From NCBI GenBank assembly GCA_018304465.1, contig JAGVWC010000011.1, positions 64,001 through 128,000 of the forward strand: DNA of 64,000 nt, read 5' to 3'. The notes beneath the pieces were generated by a model, which did no database searches, was not told where the DNA came from, and was given only the letters and a program-made list of their open reading frames with translations. Positions within the stretch are counted from its first letter, which is position 1. The number at the start of each line of letters is the position of its first letter. The stretch is from Candidatus Iainarchaeum sp. (GTDB lineage: Archaea; Iainarchaeota; Iainarchaeia; Iainarchaeales; JAGVWC01). Below, one piece after another: positions 50,573 through 59,097 of the stretch. A program made the translations under genes and the position numbers.

Positions 50573-51454
50573 TCACTTTTGGGCCTTGACTGAAAAATCA
50601 ATCACGGCTTGCAGGATTTCCTTTGAAAACGAACGGACTTTTTTCTTTTCCAGAAAAACAACCGAAAACCCGTGTTCCTTCGCTTTTTTGGTGATCAATT
50701 TTTCAAGAGCAGAAAACGGGTCGCTTGCGGGAGCGAATGCGTAAAAATGAATGACGCACCCCGCGGGATTAGCCCCAAAAAGCGCAGCGTCCAAAAAATC
50801 CTCGCTTCCGCGGGGCATCGGCATGGTGATCCGGTCAAACGCGCCTTTGAATTTTTTGGGAACAATCCTATTAACGTCCCCAAGCACGGGCACGACTTTT
50901 TCACCGACTTTGTTCGCGGCGATGTTAAATTCCATGTCTTTGACCGCGATCGGATTCAGTTCGATCGCAACCGCTTTTTTCATCAAAGAATTTTTCGCGA
51001 AAACAATCGGAAACGGGCCCACGCCGGCAAACAACGTACCGATGGTTTCACCCGCTTGAATCAATTTCGAAATGCGCAGCCGTTCGGTTCCAAGTCGCGG
51101 TGAAAAAAAAACTTTTCCCAAATGAATCTGAAACACGCAGCCGCTTTCGCGATACGTGGCCAGTAATCTTTTTTTTCCCGCGATGACTTTAAGCGGTTCC
51201 GCCCGAAAACGCCCTTTGTGCGCGCCGGCTTTCTTGGCAATCGTTTCGAAACGTGGATTGGTTTCAAGCAACGCCTGACCGATCTTTTTTTCTTTTTTCA
51301 CCAGTTCATCCGGAATTTCAATGATCGCGACGTTGCCCAGCGAATCAAAACTCGAAACCAAGTACTCGAATTCTTTTGGGGTCAAAATTCCTTTGAGCCG
51401 CTCTTTTAGACTTTGCGGACGCGACCCTTTTTTTATTTCAACCAAACGAGCCAT
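50573..51454 (-). CDS. Trm5/Tyw2 (Met-10+) family tRNA-modifying SAM enzyme
   Basis: FD.LG.VAI, VFFSPRL..ER, FAGVGPF, ELNP. Confidence 0.85.
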   Translation of the reverse strand: MARLVEIKKGSRPQSLKERLKGILTPKEFEYLVSSFDSLGNVAIIEIPDELVKKEKKIGQALLETNPRFETIAKKAGAHKGRFRAEPLKVIAGKKRLLATYRESGCVFQIHLGKVFFSPRLGTERLRISKLIQAGETIGTLFAGVGPFPIVFAKNSLMKKAVAIELNPIAVKDMEFNIAANKVGEKVVPVLGDVNRIVPKKFKGAFDRITMPMPRGSEDFLDAALFGANPAGCVIHFYAFAPASDPFSALEKLITKKAKEHGFSVVFLEKKKVRSFSKEILQAVIDFSVKAQK

Positions 51455-51515
51455 AATCAATATGAAAAACAACAGGCGTTTTGTTTAAAACCATTTTCCA
51501 AACACAAATCGTATC

Positions 51516-52358
51516 ATGGTCATCGAAATATTGAACGATTTTTTCTGCAAGCCAATCCTAAACTACGAAGGATACAACCTCGTCAACACCTTGGTGTACG
51601 GCGTGATTTTGCTCGTGATCGCGTTCAAAATCGTCTACCCGTTTTTTAACAAACGAAACATCCGCTTTGACCACCGATTCCTGATTTCCCTGTTGCCCTT
51701 TATCCTATTGGGTTCCTCGTTTCGGATTTTCGAAGACCTCAAACTGATTCCGCGGTCCTGCAATCCATTAGAACCCGCATTTTACACCATTTCTCCCGGC
51801 GTATACATTTTCATCGGAATCTTAACGATTCTTTCCTTATGGCTCTCGCTTGAAATATCCAAAAAAACCAAGTACAGCGCCTTGACCGTGTTCACGGCCA
51901 TCGGAAGCGTTTTCGCTCTGATCAGCCTCGTATTTTTGGCGCCCTTCATCACCGAATGGATCGCCGTAATCGCGATACCGGTTTTCACGCTGCTCCTCGT
52001 GATCGGCGCGACGATCCTGACGCGTATGCACTCCAAAACCAAAACGCTTCTGGATCACAACCCGCAAAACCAACTCGTTTTGTTCGGACAATTACTCGAC
52101 GGAAGCGCGACGTTTACCGCGATCCAGTTCTTCGGTTTTTCCGAACAACACGTCGTCAGCAACGCCATCATCCAGGGTTTTGGCCCCATCGCGTTTTTAA
52201 TCGTAAAATTCGGTTTGATGCTCGCGATACTGTATTTTGCCGACAAGGAAATCGAAGATGAAAACCTTCGCGGATTCATCAAGATTTTTATCGCCATCAT
52301 CGGGTTTGCTCCAGGAATCCGGGACGTTCTCCTCATCGGAGTCGGACTCGGATCCTAA
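51516..52358 (+). CDS. DUF63-family archaeal membrane protein
   Basis: GYNLVNT.VYG, LDGSATF, EQHV, GFAPGIRD. Confidence 0.85.
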   Translation: MVIEILNDFFCKPILNYEGYNLVNTLVYGVILLVIAFKIVYPFFNKRNIRFDHRFLISLLPFILLGSSFRIFEDLKLIPRSCNPLEPAFYTISPGVYIFIGILTILSLWLSLEISKKTKYSALTVFTAIGSVFALISLVFLAPFITEWIAVIAIPVFTLLLVIGATILTRMHSKTKTLLDHNPQNQLVLFGQLLDGSATFTAIQFFGFSEQHVVSNAIIQGFGPIAFLIVKFGLMLAILYFADKEIEDENLRGFIKIFIAIIGFAPGIRDVLLIGVGLGS

Positions 52359-52392
52359 AAAGGTTTAATAACTTCCAATGGAAATAGTCGCT

Positions 52393-53154
52393 ATGCTGTA
52401 CGTGATCGGAATCGGACTTTCGCCGCAACAAATGACGCTTGAAGCAGTGGCAGCTGTCAAAAAAAGCCGGAAAATATACCTTGAAAACTATACCAGCGCG
52501 TTTGCCAGTGGAACCCGCAAACAATTGGAAAAAATCCTGCACAAAAAAATAACGGTTTTGACGCGAAAACAAGTCGAAGAAGAATTCACGCCGGTTCTAT
52601 CGCTTGCGCGCAAAAAAACCGTCGCATTACTGGTCTACGGAAACCCCTTGTTTGCCACCACCCACATCCAGTTGATCCTCGACGCGCAAGCCAAGCGAAC
52701 CCCTATTACCGTCATTCCGGGAATTTCCATTGTGAATTATGTCGGCGCCACCGGACTTGACGCCTACAAATTCGGCCGCACTGCAACCGTCGTGTTCCAA
52801 GAACCCAATTATTCGCCTCACTCGTTTTTTGACATCATCGAAAAAAACAGCCAAGCGGGACTACACTCGCTGTGCCTGCTTGATATTCGCACGGATGAAA
52901 ACCGTTTCATGACCGTTACCGAGGCCATCGCGATACTGCGAAAAATAGCGGATTTTCGAAACTCCGATTTGATCCAAAACACAGTGCTAATTGGGTTGTA
53001 TGGTGTCGGCGGCAAAAACCAGCGGATCCGAATCGAAAACCCTTCGATCACCCGAAAACCCATCGAAGCGTATCCCCAATCCCTGATCGTTTGCGGCAAA
53101 CTCAATCCCAAAGAACAAGAAGCCATTGAATTGTTTCGGGGGAAAAAACGATGA
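52393..53154 (+). CDS. dph5: Diphthine synthase
   Basis: MLYVIGIGL, YLENYTS, ATTH, YKFGRT, GLHSLCLLD. Confidence 0.93.
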   Translation: MLYVIGIGLSPQQMTLEAVAAVKKSRKIYLENYTSAFASGTRKQLEKILHKKITVLTRKQVEEEFTPVLSLARKKTVALLVYGNPLFATTHIQLILDAQAKRTPITVIPGISIVNYVGATGLDAYKFGRTATVVFQEPNYSPHSFFDIIEKNSQAGLHSLCLLDIRTDENRFMTVTEAIAILRKIADFRNSDLIQNTVLIGLYGVGGKNQRIRIENPSITRKPIEAYPQSLIVCGKLNPKEQEAIELFRGKKR

Positions 53155-53438
53155 ACGAAACACTTCGGCACAAAACCAAAAAATACCGGCTATTAACCGA
53201 AGAAGCATTGCGAGTCATCCAAGTCTCAAAACCGCTTTCAACCAAAGAAAAAAAAATCGCGGCCGACTTTTTGCAAATGACGCGAAATTATTTTTCCGAC
53301 GGACAACACTTCGAACATCAAAAAGAATTCGCTACGGCACTTGCGGCCTATTCGTATGCACACGCATGGCTGGACGCAGGAGTACGCGCCGGATTATTCG
53401 ACGCAAAAGGAAACGACCGGTTGTTCACGCTACAATAA
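53151..53438 (+). CDS. DUF357 protein
   Basis: YFSDG.HF, YAHAWLDAG.R.GLF. Confidence 0.88.
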   Translation: MNETLRHKTKKYRLLTEEALRVIQVSKPLSTKEKKIAADFLQMTRNYFSDGQHFEHQKEFATALAAYSYAHAWLDAGVRAGLFDAKGNDRLFTLQ

Positions 53439-53451
53439 AAAAAGATTGGGG

Positions 53452-53486
53452 GGATGAAAATATCTTCCCAAAACAAGAACACGCTG
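53452..53486 (-). repeat. scpA 3'-end repeat, short copy with the shared arm
   Basis: ggatgaaaatatcttcccaaaacaagaacacgctg; 24 bp identical to 32320-32343. Confidence 0.85.
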
Positions 53487-53523
53487 TTTGATTTTCAGGC
53501 GGAAAAAATGCTGGAATTGGCTG

Positions 53524-53781
53524 TCAAAACTGGGTATACACTTTTTTCCGGTGTTCGATCCGCAGGACAATTATTTTTTTTGTTGCTGGAAATTTTTGGA
53601 CAATTACCCGATAATGCCCCACACGAACCTTTTGGTATGGCGTTCCTTTTACGGCCTCGAGAAAAACGGAATCTTCTTTTTCAAATAATTCCATCTTGTC
53701 GAGAATTCGACGAGTAAGTTCTTTTTCAAGGGACTCAAGATCTTTCTTTGCGCGGTTCGTCCAAACAAGTGTGAAAGGCAT
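53524..53781 (-). CDS. relE: RelE-family toxin
   Basis: RAKKDL..L, KVRVGHYRVI, HRKKVY. Confidence 0.88.
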   Translation of the reverse strand: MPFTLVWTNRAKKDLESLEKELTRRILDKMELFEKEDSVFLEAVKGTPYQKVRVGHYRVIVQKFPATKKIIVLRIEHRKKVYTQF

Positions 53782-54030
53782 TCATAAACCCAGTTCTTTG
53801 CGTAATTGCTTGGAAGAAAACACGCGTCCGTGCCGCAGGTCTTTTTTAGCCTCTTCAATCCCCCTCAAGGTTTCCGAACTCAATTCGAACTCGGCCTCTT
53901 CATCTTCACGTATGCGACTTAATAATTTCTCAATCACATCCGCGTAGGTTTCACGCTCGTTTTCCTTGAATGCATCCAAATCCTTCTTTACTTTAACCGG
54001 GATCTGAATAGTCGAATTATCAGCCATCAT
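53782..54030 (-). CDS. Antitoxin (ribbon-helix-helix-like)
   Basis: TIQI...K..ETYADVIEKL, LSSETLRGIEEA..D...GR; abuts the toxin. Confidence 0.8.
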   Translation of the reverse strand: MMADNSTIQIPVKVKKDLDAFKENERETYADVIEKLLSRIREDEEAEFELSSETLRGIEEAKKDLRHGRVFSSKQLRKELGL

Positions 54031-54110
54031 AACACCTTATAGTATATTACAAACAACTATAATAAAAGACGTTTCTTTCGATGATTGTGGAAATATCTTT
54101 TTGCCGCAGG

Positions 54111-54171
54111 TTTTGTTCCAGCGGATGAAGATGTCTTCCCACGACCGCTCCACGCTGCACGGTTTATCGAC
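54111..54171 (-). repeat. scpA 3'-end repeat copy (WEDIFIRWNK) with the shared arm
   Basis: ttttgttccagcggatgaagatgtcttccca...cacgctgcacgg aligns to 32297-32358. Confidence 0.88.
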
Positions 54172-54256
54172 GGTTTTCTAAAGAAGACTGGCCGAGAACT
54201 TCGCCCGTTTTGAATTCGCCGGAACCTTTTTTAATTATAGGAACTCCGTATATACA

Positions 54257-55438
54257 ATGCCCGCACGAAATCGTCGCATACAACGAGTCCAAGCGGAAAC
54301 CAATCGTGTGATGGACTCTGCCTTTGGAAATCCGCAGCACCGAGGAATAACACGTAGGCAACGCCTGGGAGAACTGCGCAACCAAGCCGCCCGTTATGCA
54401 AAACATGCGCCCGTCCAATTTGCAGCCCGACAAATCGTTAAACACCTCAGCCGCGCGCAAACTACGTTTGAAGGCCATTCAAAGATCACTCCTATCCAAA
54501 GCGCTTCTGTTTTTTACGGGGGTCAAAACATCCGGTTCGGAAAAGCGATTCGGGAACACTTTCGAAAACGCAGGATCACCGCTCGATCCATGCAGCTAGA
54601 TTCAAAACGATCTCCCACCAGCACAGTTGAGAATCGGCGCATCGACGCATTATCACGAGCAAACGCGGTTGTATTTGCAGCGAATGGTCCCGCCAGCAAG
54701 CTTGATGGCCCCGTAGACCGGATTGTGAATAGTGTGGAGCGGCGATACGGAAAAAAAAGCGGTACTCGTCTTGCGCTGATGTACGGCATTACACCGCAAG
54801 CAGTCCGAGAAGTGCTATCCCTAAACTCCAAACGCATGCATGAATTCACACGGCGGACTTTTCAAGCGGTACACGGATGCAAAACCATCCAAGTCCGGTC
54901 TTCCAGCGGGACCAACATGACTTTTTCGATTACTCCCCGACATCGCTGGGTTCAAGATAACGCTATTCTCTCTAAAAACTATTGGGGAAACCTGCCCGCA
55001 GGAGAAGTATTCACCGCGCCCGCTTCCGCCAACGGAAACCTTGTGATCGATGCCGTGATGAACAACGTTGGCGACTGTCATAAAACGCCCATCACTGTGC
55101 AAATCCGAAACGGTCGCGCGATCCCTCAAACCGCACGGTGCAAGAACCCGCGACTGCTCAGAAAGTTTCTTGCCCAAATCCATGCGGAACCCAACGCGGA
55201 CCGCATCGGCGAACTTGGTTTAGGGACCAATGTGGCGGTGACCAAACTCACCGGTAACGATTTGGTGGATGAAAAGCATGTGGGCGTGCACGTGGCGTTT
55301 GGAGACCCCGAAGGCGCAGACACGGGGGCCACATGGACGACGGCAGAAGGCACTCATAACGATGCGATTCTGCGAAAACCCAGCATATTTGTGGATGGGC
55401 GCTGCATCATGCGAAACGGAAAAAGTCTACTGATGTAA
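54257..55438 (+). CDS. M29 (AmpS/T-like) aminopeptidase homologue with a basic N-terminal extension
   Basis: NLPAGEVF, GELGLGTN, DEK..GVHVAFG, H.D. Confidence 0.8.
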   Translation: MPARNRRIQRVQAETNRVMDSAFGNPQHRGITRRQRLGELRNQAARYAKHAPVQFAARQIVKHLSRAQTTFEGHSKITPIQSASVFYGGQNIRFGKAIREHFRKRRITARSMQLDSKRSPTSTVENRRIDALSRANAVVFAANGPASKLDGPVDRIVNSVERRYGKKSGTRLALMYGITPQAVREVLSLNSKRMHEFTRRTFQAVHGCKTIQVRSSSGTNMTFSITPRHRWVQDNAILSKNYWGNLPAGEVFTAPASANGNLVIDAVMNNVGDCHKTPITVQIRNGRAIPQTARCKNPRLLRKFLAQIHAEPNADRIGELGLGTNVAVTKLTGNDLVDEKHVGVHVAFGDPEGADTGATWTTAEGTHNDAILRKPSIFVDGRCIMRNGKSLLM

Positions 55439-55453
55439 AACTCATGGCTGTCA

Positions 55454-55527
55454 CAGCCAATCAGCTTATTTTTCCTACTCGTTTTTATTCCAGCGAATAA
55501 AGATATCTTCCCAGAATTGTTCTTGCC
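55454..55527 (-). repeat. scpA 3'-end repeat, long near-identical copy
   Basis: 55482-55527 is identical over 46 bp to scpA 33602-33647. Confidence 0.95.
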
Positions 55528-55596
55528 TCGATGCGTTCACTTTTCCCAGTAAAAAGGTTTAAATATTTCGAATCTGTATCTAATAAAGGCCTGGAC

Positions 55597-56106
55597 ATGG
55601 GAATATACGATTCGCTTCCGCAACTCGATCTGGACATGGATTCCGCCAAAAAATACGCGGCGATTGTCGCAGCCATTGTGGTGGTCGGATGCCTGGCATT
55701 TGTGCTGTTCACCCAAAACAACACCGCGTTTAGTATTTTTTCGTTTCTCAATGGAAACCCGATCGACGCCAAATTCGACGGACCCATCAACCTTAGCATC
55801 GGATCCGACGGCTTGCCGGTAAAAACCAGTACGAATCTTGTGGTAACATTAACCAACCCGTCCAATCAACCCGCACGCGACGTATCGATTCTGGTGCGCG
55901 CGTCCGATGACCAAGCCCTGATCATTTATCCGTCTTCACGCGTCATCCCCGTGCTTGACAAAACGCGTAACGCCCAATTCACGATCCGACCCAACCCCGT
56001 GCAACCCGCTTTGTCCGGAACCTATCTTATTGAAATACAGGCGTTTGTCGGCGACAAAGAATACTCCAAACAAATCGAATTACAGGTCAAAACCAACGAA
56101 CCGTGA
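55597..56106 (+). CDS. Membrane-anchored Ig-like hypothetical protein
   Basis: One TM segment, then a beta-rich domain (TLTNP, GTYLIEI). Confidence 0.6.
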   Translation: MGIYDSLPQLDLDMDSAKKYAAIVAAIVVVGCLAFVLFTQNNTAFSIFSFLNGNPIDAKFDGPINLSIGSDGLPVKTSTNLVVTLTNPSNQPARDVSILVRASDDQALIIYPSSRVIPVLDKTRNAQFTIRPNPVQPALSGTYLIEIQAFVGDKEYSKQIELQVKTNEP

Positions 56107-56107
56107 C

Positions 56108-56386
56108 CTAAAACCGGATTTCAAACTTTGAAAACGATTCGTAGGATTCCATCCAATCCGACACCACGTGATCCACTCGGGCCAACCAGGTTCCTTTTTC
56201 GAGCATCGCCAAAAAATCGTTCAGTTTTTCTTTTTCGCCGACCGCGACGATTTCAACGCTTCCATCCGGCACATTTCGGACGAATCCTGTCAGTTTATTT
56301 CGATTCGCCGCGGAAGAAACAAAAAAACGGTATCCCACGCCTTGCACGCGACCAAAAACAAAGACATGAACCTGAAGAATCGGCAT
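56108..56386 (-). CDS. acyP: Acylphosphatase
   Basis: GRVQGVGYR, GFVRN..DGSVE. Confidence 0.93.
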   Translation of the reverse strand: MPILQVHVFVFGRVQGVGYRFFVSSAANRNKLTGFVRNVPDGSVEIVAVGEKEKLNDFLAMLEKGTWLARVDHVVSDWMESYESFSKFEIRF

Positions 56387-56395
56387 TTTTCATCC

Positions 56396-56842
56396 CTAAC
56401 CGAGAGTTTTTTTCAATTCGTCTTGCGCAAACGAAATCAAGCGTTTCGTATCCGAAAATTTCAGTTTTCGAATCGCTTCGGAACCCGACAACCATTCAAA
56501 TCCGTCATGTTCTTTCACGATATTATTGGAAAACGAAACCGATTCTTCTTCGTCGGTTTTCACTAAAAATACCGACAATTCATTCTGGATTTTCCGGTTC
56601 CGATCCCAATACACCATGTTCGTATCCAAGTGCTTGATGATCTCGATTTTTTTCAAACCGCTTTCCTCGAAAATTTCGCGCCGCAACGCGTTTTCCTCGC
56701 TTTCGTTCGGTTCGATTCCGCCTTTTAACAATTCCCAACCGGACCAATTCAATTTTCGGTGCATGATCAAGAACAACGGCTCGCCGGACACCGAATCCAA
56801 ACGGTAAATAATCGCCAAAACGCCAAATCGTTTGAGAACCAT
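56396..56842 (-). CDS. NUDIX hydrolase
   Basis: GGIEPNESEENALRREIFEESG Nudix box. Confidence 0.92.
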   Translation of the reverse strand: MVLKRFGVLAIIYRLDSVSGEPLFLIMHRKLNWSGWELLKGGIEPNESEENALRREIFEESGLKKIEIIKHLDTNMVYWDRNRKIQNELSVFLVKTDEEESVSFSNNIVKEHDGFEWLSGSEAIRKLKFSDTKRLISFAQDELKKTLG

Positions 56843-56854
56843 GATTCCCTCAAT

Positions 56855-57202
56855 TCAGCGGATGTGAAATCCTTCCGGCATCTGATCCAATTCGGCGCCT
56901 TCCGATTCCACTTTTCGTTTCTTTACTTTTTCCGCGTAGTCATTCCAGACTTTTTTGGCCACGTCTCCGCGCAAAATCTTGACCACGACCTGCTTTGGCA
57001 CGGGAATCGTCTGATACTTGGGAGAATAATCCAGCAACACCACGTCATTATCCTTGATTTTGTCCGCCAACACCGGTTCGACTTCCACCGTCAACAAATT
57101 GTCATCCCACATCAACACAACCGCTTGAACGCTTTTATCCGCTCCTAAAACGCCTTTATCATCGTTTCTTAAAACCGTCAACACTTTTCCAGGATGAAAC
57201 AT
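56855..57202 (-). CDS. Hypothetical protein
   Basis: Clean ORF co-oriented with the NUDIX and acyP genes; GGAG upstream. Confidence 0.65.
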   Translation of the reverse strand: MFHPGKVLTVLRNDDKGVLGADKSVQAVVLMWDDNLLTVEVEPVLADKIKDNDVVLLDYSPKYQTIPVPKQVVVKILRGDVAKKVWNDYAEKVKKRKVESEGAELDQMPEGFHIR

Positions 57203-57260
57203 CGGCCATCACTCCAACTCAATAGAAACAACCAAATGCTTTAATACATTCCGAAACCCG

Positions 57261-57728
57261 ATGGTATTAGACTCCCCTATGACATCGCCGCATTCCGATC
57301 AATTGCTTGCGCGCCGCTGCGCCCAAATCTGCCGAGAATACTTCAAAGGAAAAGAAATCACCAACTTACTCGTGGTCCGATGGGGAAAACCATGGAAAAC
57401 AAAACTCGGGCACATCAAACCCCTGCGAGGCAATGTTCAATACGGATCCATCATTGAAATCAACACGGTTTTCCAGGATCCGCGCGTCCCCCAATTCGTC
57501 GTGGACGTCACCATGCTCCACGAACTCATTCATTACTTTCAGGGGTTCGGATCCAATCATCCGCGCAAACACCGTCATCCCCATCGCGGCGGAAGCGTTA
57601 CCAACGAATTCCGCGAATTCGGCTGGGTCGAGCTCCTCAAAAAACAAAACAAGTGGATCAAGGAAAACTGGGTCAAAATGTGGAAAGAACACCACGCCCA
57701 ATACAAACTCAGCCGGATCAAGGCATAA
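57261..57728 (+). CDS. SprT-like zinc metalloprotease
   Basis: HELIH motif plus a later HPH. Confidence 0.7.
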   Translation: MVLDSPMTSPHSDQLLARRCAQICREYFKGKEITNLLVVRWGKPWKTKLGHIKPLRGNVQYGSIIEINTVFQDPRVPQFVVDVTMLHELIHYFQGFGSNHPRKHRHPHRGGSVTNEFREFGWVELLKKQNKWIKENWVKMWKEHHAQYKLSRIKA

Positions 57729-57730
57729 GA

Positions 57731-58831
57731 CTACTTGGCCACATTTCGCTTGCGCAATTCCGAAAGGAGGTTGTTCTTGAACAATTCCAAATTTTCCCGC
57801 GACACTTTTCCCGCGGCCGCCGGCGCATGCCCGCCCGCGCTTGCGTTTTCGATTCCTTTGACGCTTTCTTCAAGCAAATCATTCACGCGCACCTTGCCGT
57901 CTTGCCGACGGCCAGAAAAATTCGCGGTCTTCATTCCGTCCAGCAACTGAACCAACACCACGGTTTGATTGGGATAAAAATCGAACGAAATCTTGTTGAT
58001 GAACGGGGACTTGATGGGAAAACGCGGATGGAACACGAACCACACGAGTTCGATCTCCGGAAAAAACTCGGCTTTTTTTTTGAATTCCAAAAGCCAATAA
58101 TCCATTTCTTCCTCCAAATCCTTGGCCAAACCGAAAAAATCCGAAGCCAAAATGTCTCTGGTGCCCGACGCGTCCAAAAACAATCGGTACAACTCCGAAA
58201 ACTTCGAGTTATCGATGATTCCAACCGCGTCGATCACCTGACAGCTTTTTTTGATCGCGTCCAAATCGGTCTTGCTTTTTTTCAATTCCGAGTCGAAAAA
58301 AGTTTTCCACGCGCCGTTCGCACAATCCGCGTACAATCCGATGCAGCAAAGCCAACTCGACGAAGACAAATCCACCTGACGCGAAAACAAATCGAACGCC
58401 ATTTTGGACGCGGGATACTTGGACGGATCCATTCCTTTGGGAGCGATCCATTCCGCCTTGATGAACACGGTTTTCTCCGAATTAAAATCGTTATACACCT
58501 TGTGATGATCGACAAACAGCACTTCTGCGAACGGTTCCAGGTTTTTGATGACAAAATCATCCTGGTCCAGTGACAAATCCAAAATCAACACCTTGTTGCA
58601 TTGGCGGTCCTTTAAAACGGAAATTTTTCTCATTAAACCGTCTTGATTCGGATACCCCGAACAGAAAAAAATATCCGGTCGTTTTCCAATCAAGGACTCA
58701 ACGGCTTTCGCCGCGATCGCCCCGGACATCAAACCATCGCCGTCGCAATGCACCCACAATCCAACCCGATCGTTCTTCGAAAGCGCTTTTAGGAACAGAT
58801 CGAACCGCTTCAAAATCTTCGACTTTTGCAT
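57731..58831 (-). CDS. DHH/DHHA1 phosphoesterase (RecJ-like)
   Basis: DGDG, DHH, GGHAPAAAG. Confidence 0.88.
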   Translation of the reverse strand: MQKSKILKRFDLFLKALSKNDRVGLWVHCDGDGLMSGAIAAKAVESLIGKRPDIFFCSGYPNQDGLMRKISVLKDRQCNKVLILDLSLDQDDFVIKNLEPFAEVLFVDHHKVYNDFNSEKTVFIKAEWIAPKGMDPSKYPASKMAFDLFSRQVDLSSSSWLCCIGLYADCANGAWKTFFDSELKKSKTDLDAIKKSCQVIDAVGIIDNSKFSELYRLFLDASGTRDILASDFFGLAKDLEEEMDYWLLEFKKKAEFFPEIELVWFVFHPRFPIKSPFINKISFDFYPNQTVVLVQLLDGMKTANFSGRRQDGKVRVNDLLEESVKGIENASAGGHAPAAAGKVSRENLELFKNNLLSELRKRNVAK

Positions 58832-58896
58832 AAGGAAAGGTTTTTTACAAACGTTTAATAACCCCAATACCCCAAAACAATACCGAAGGAACTGCC

Positions 58897-59085
58897 ATGG
58901 GATTTGAATACAAAAACAGCAAAGGAAAAACATATTACCTCAACCAAAACGGAAAACTATTCTTTTTTTCATCCGAAAAAAAACCCAGTGCCATCGACTT
59001 GCCCATCGGATACAACGTGGTGGAAAACTCGAAAACCGGGCTTCCCATGCTCAAAAAAAATAAGCCGCTAAAAGAATTTCAGTGA
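58897..59085 (+). CDS. Small hypothetical protein
   Basis: Y.NSKG.TYYL...FFFS...LP.GY.VVEN.KTGLP.LKK; GGA upstream. Confidence 0.7.
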   Translation: MGFEYKNSKGKTYYLNQNGKLFFFSSEKKPSAIDLPIGYNVVENSKTGLPMLKKNKPLKEFQ

Positions 59086-59097
59086 CAGTAGATTACA

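Noticed and set aside
33586-55527. Diversity-generating retroelement (TR/VR pair) between the scpA end and its copies
   Set aside because: There is no reverse transcriptase in the window, and the differences are mostly synonymous T/C changes on the coding strand rather than adenine-specific diversification.
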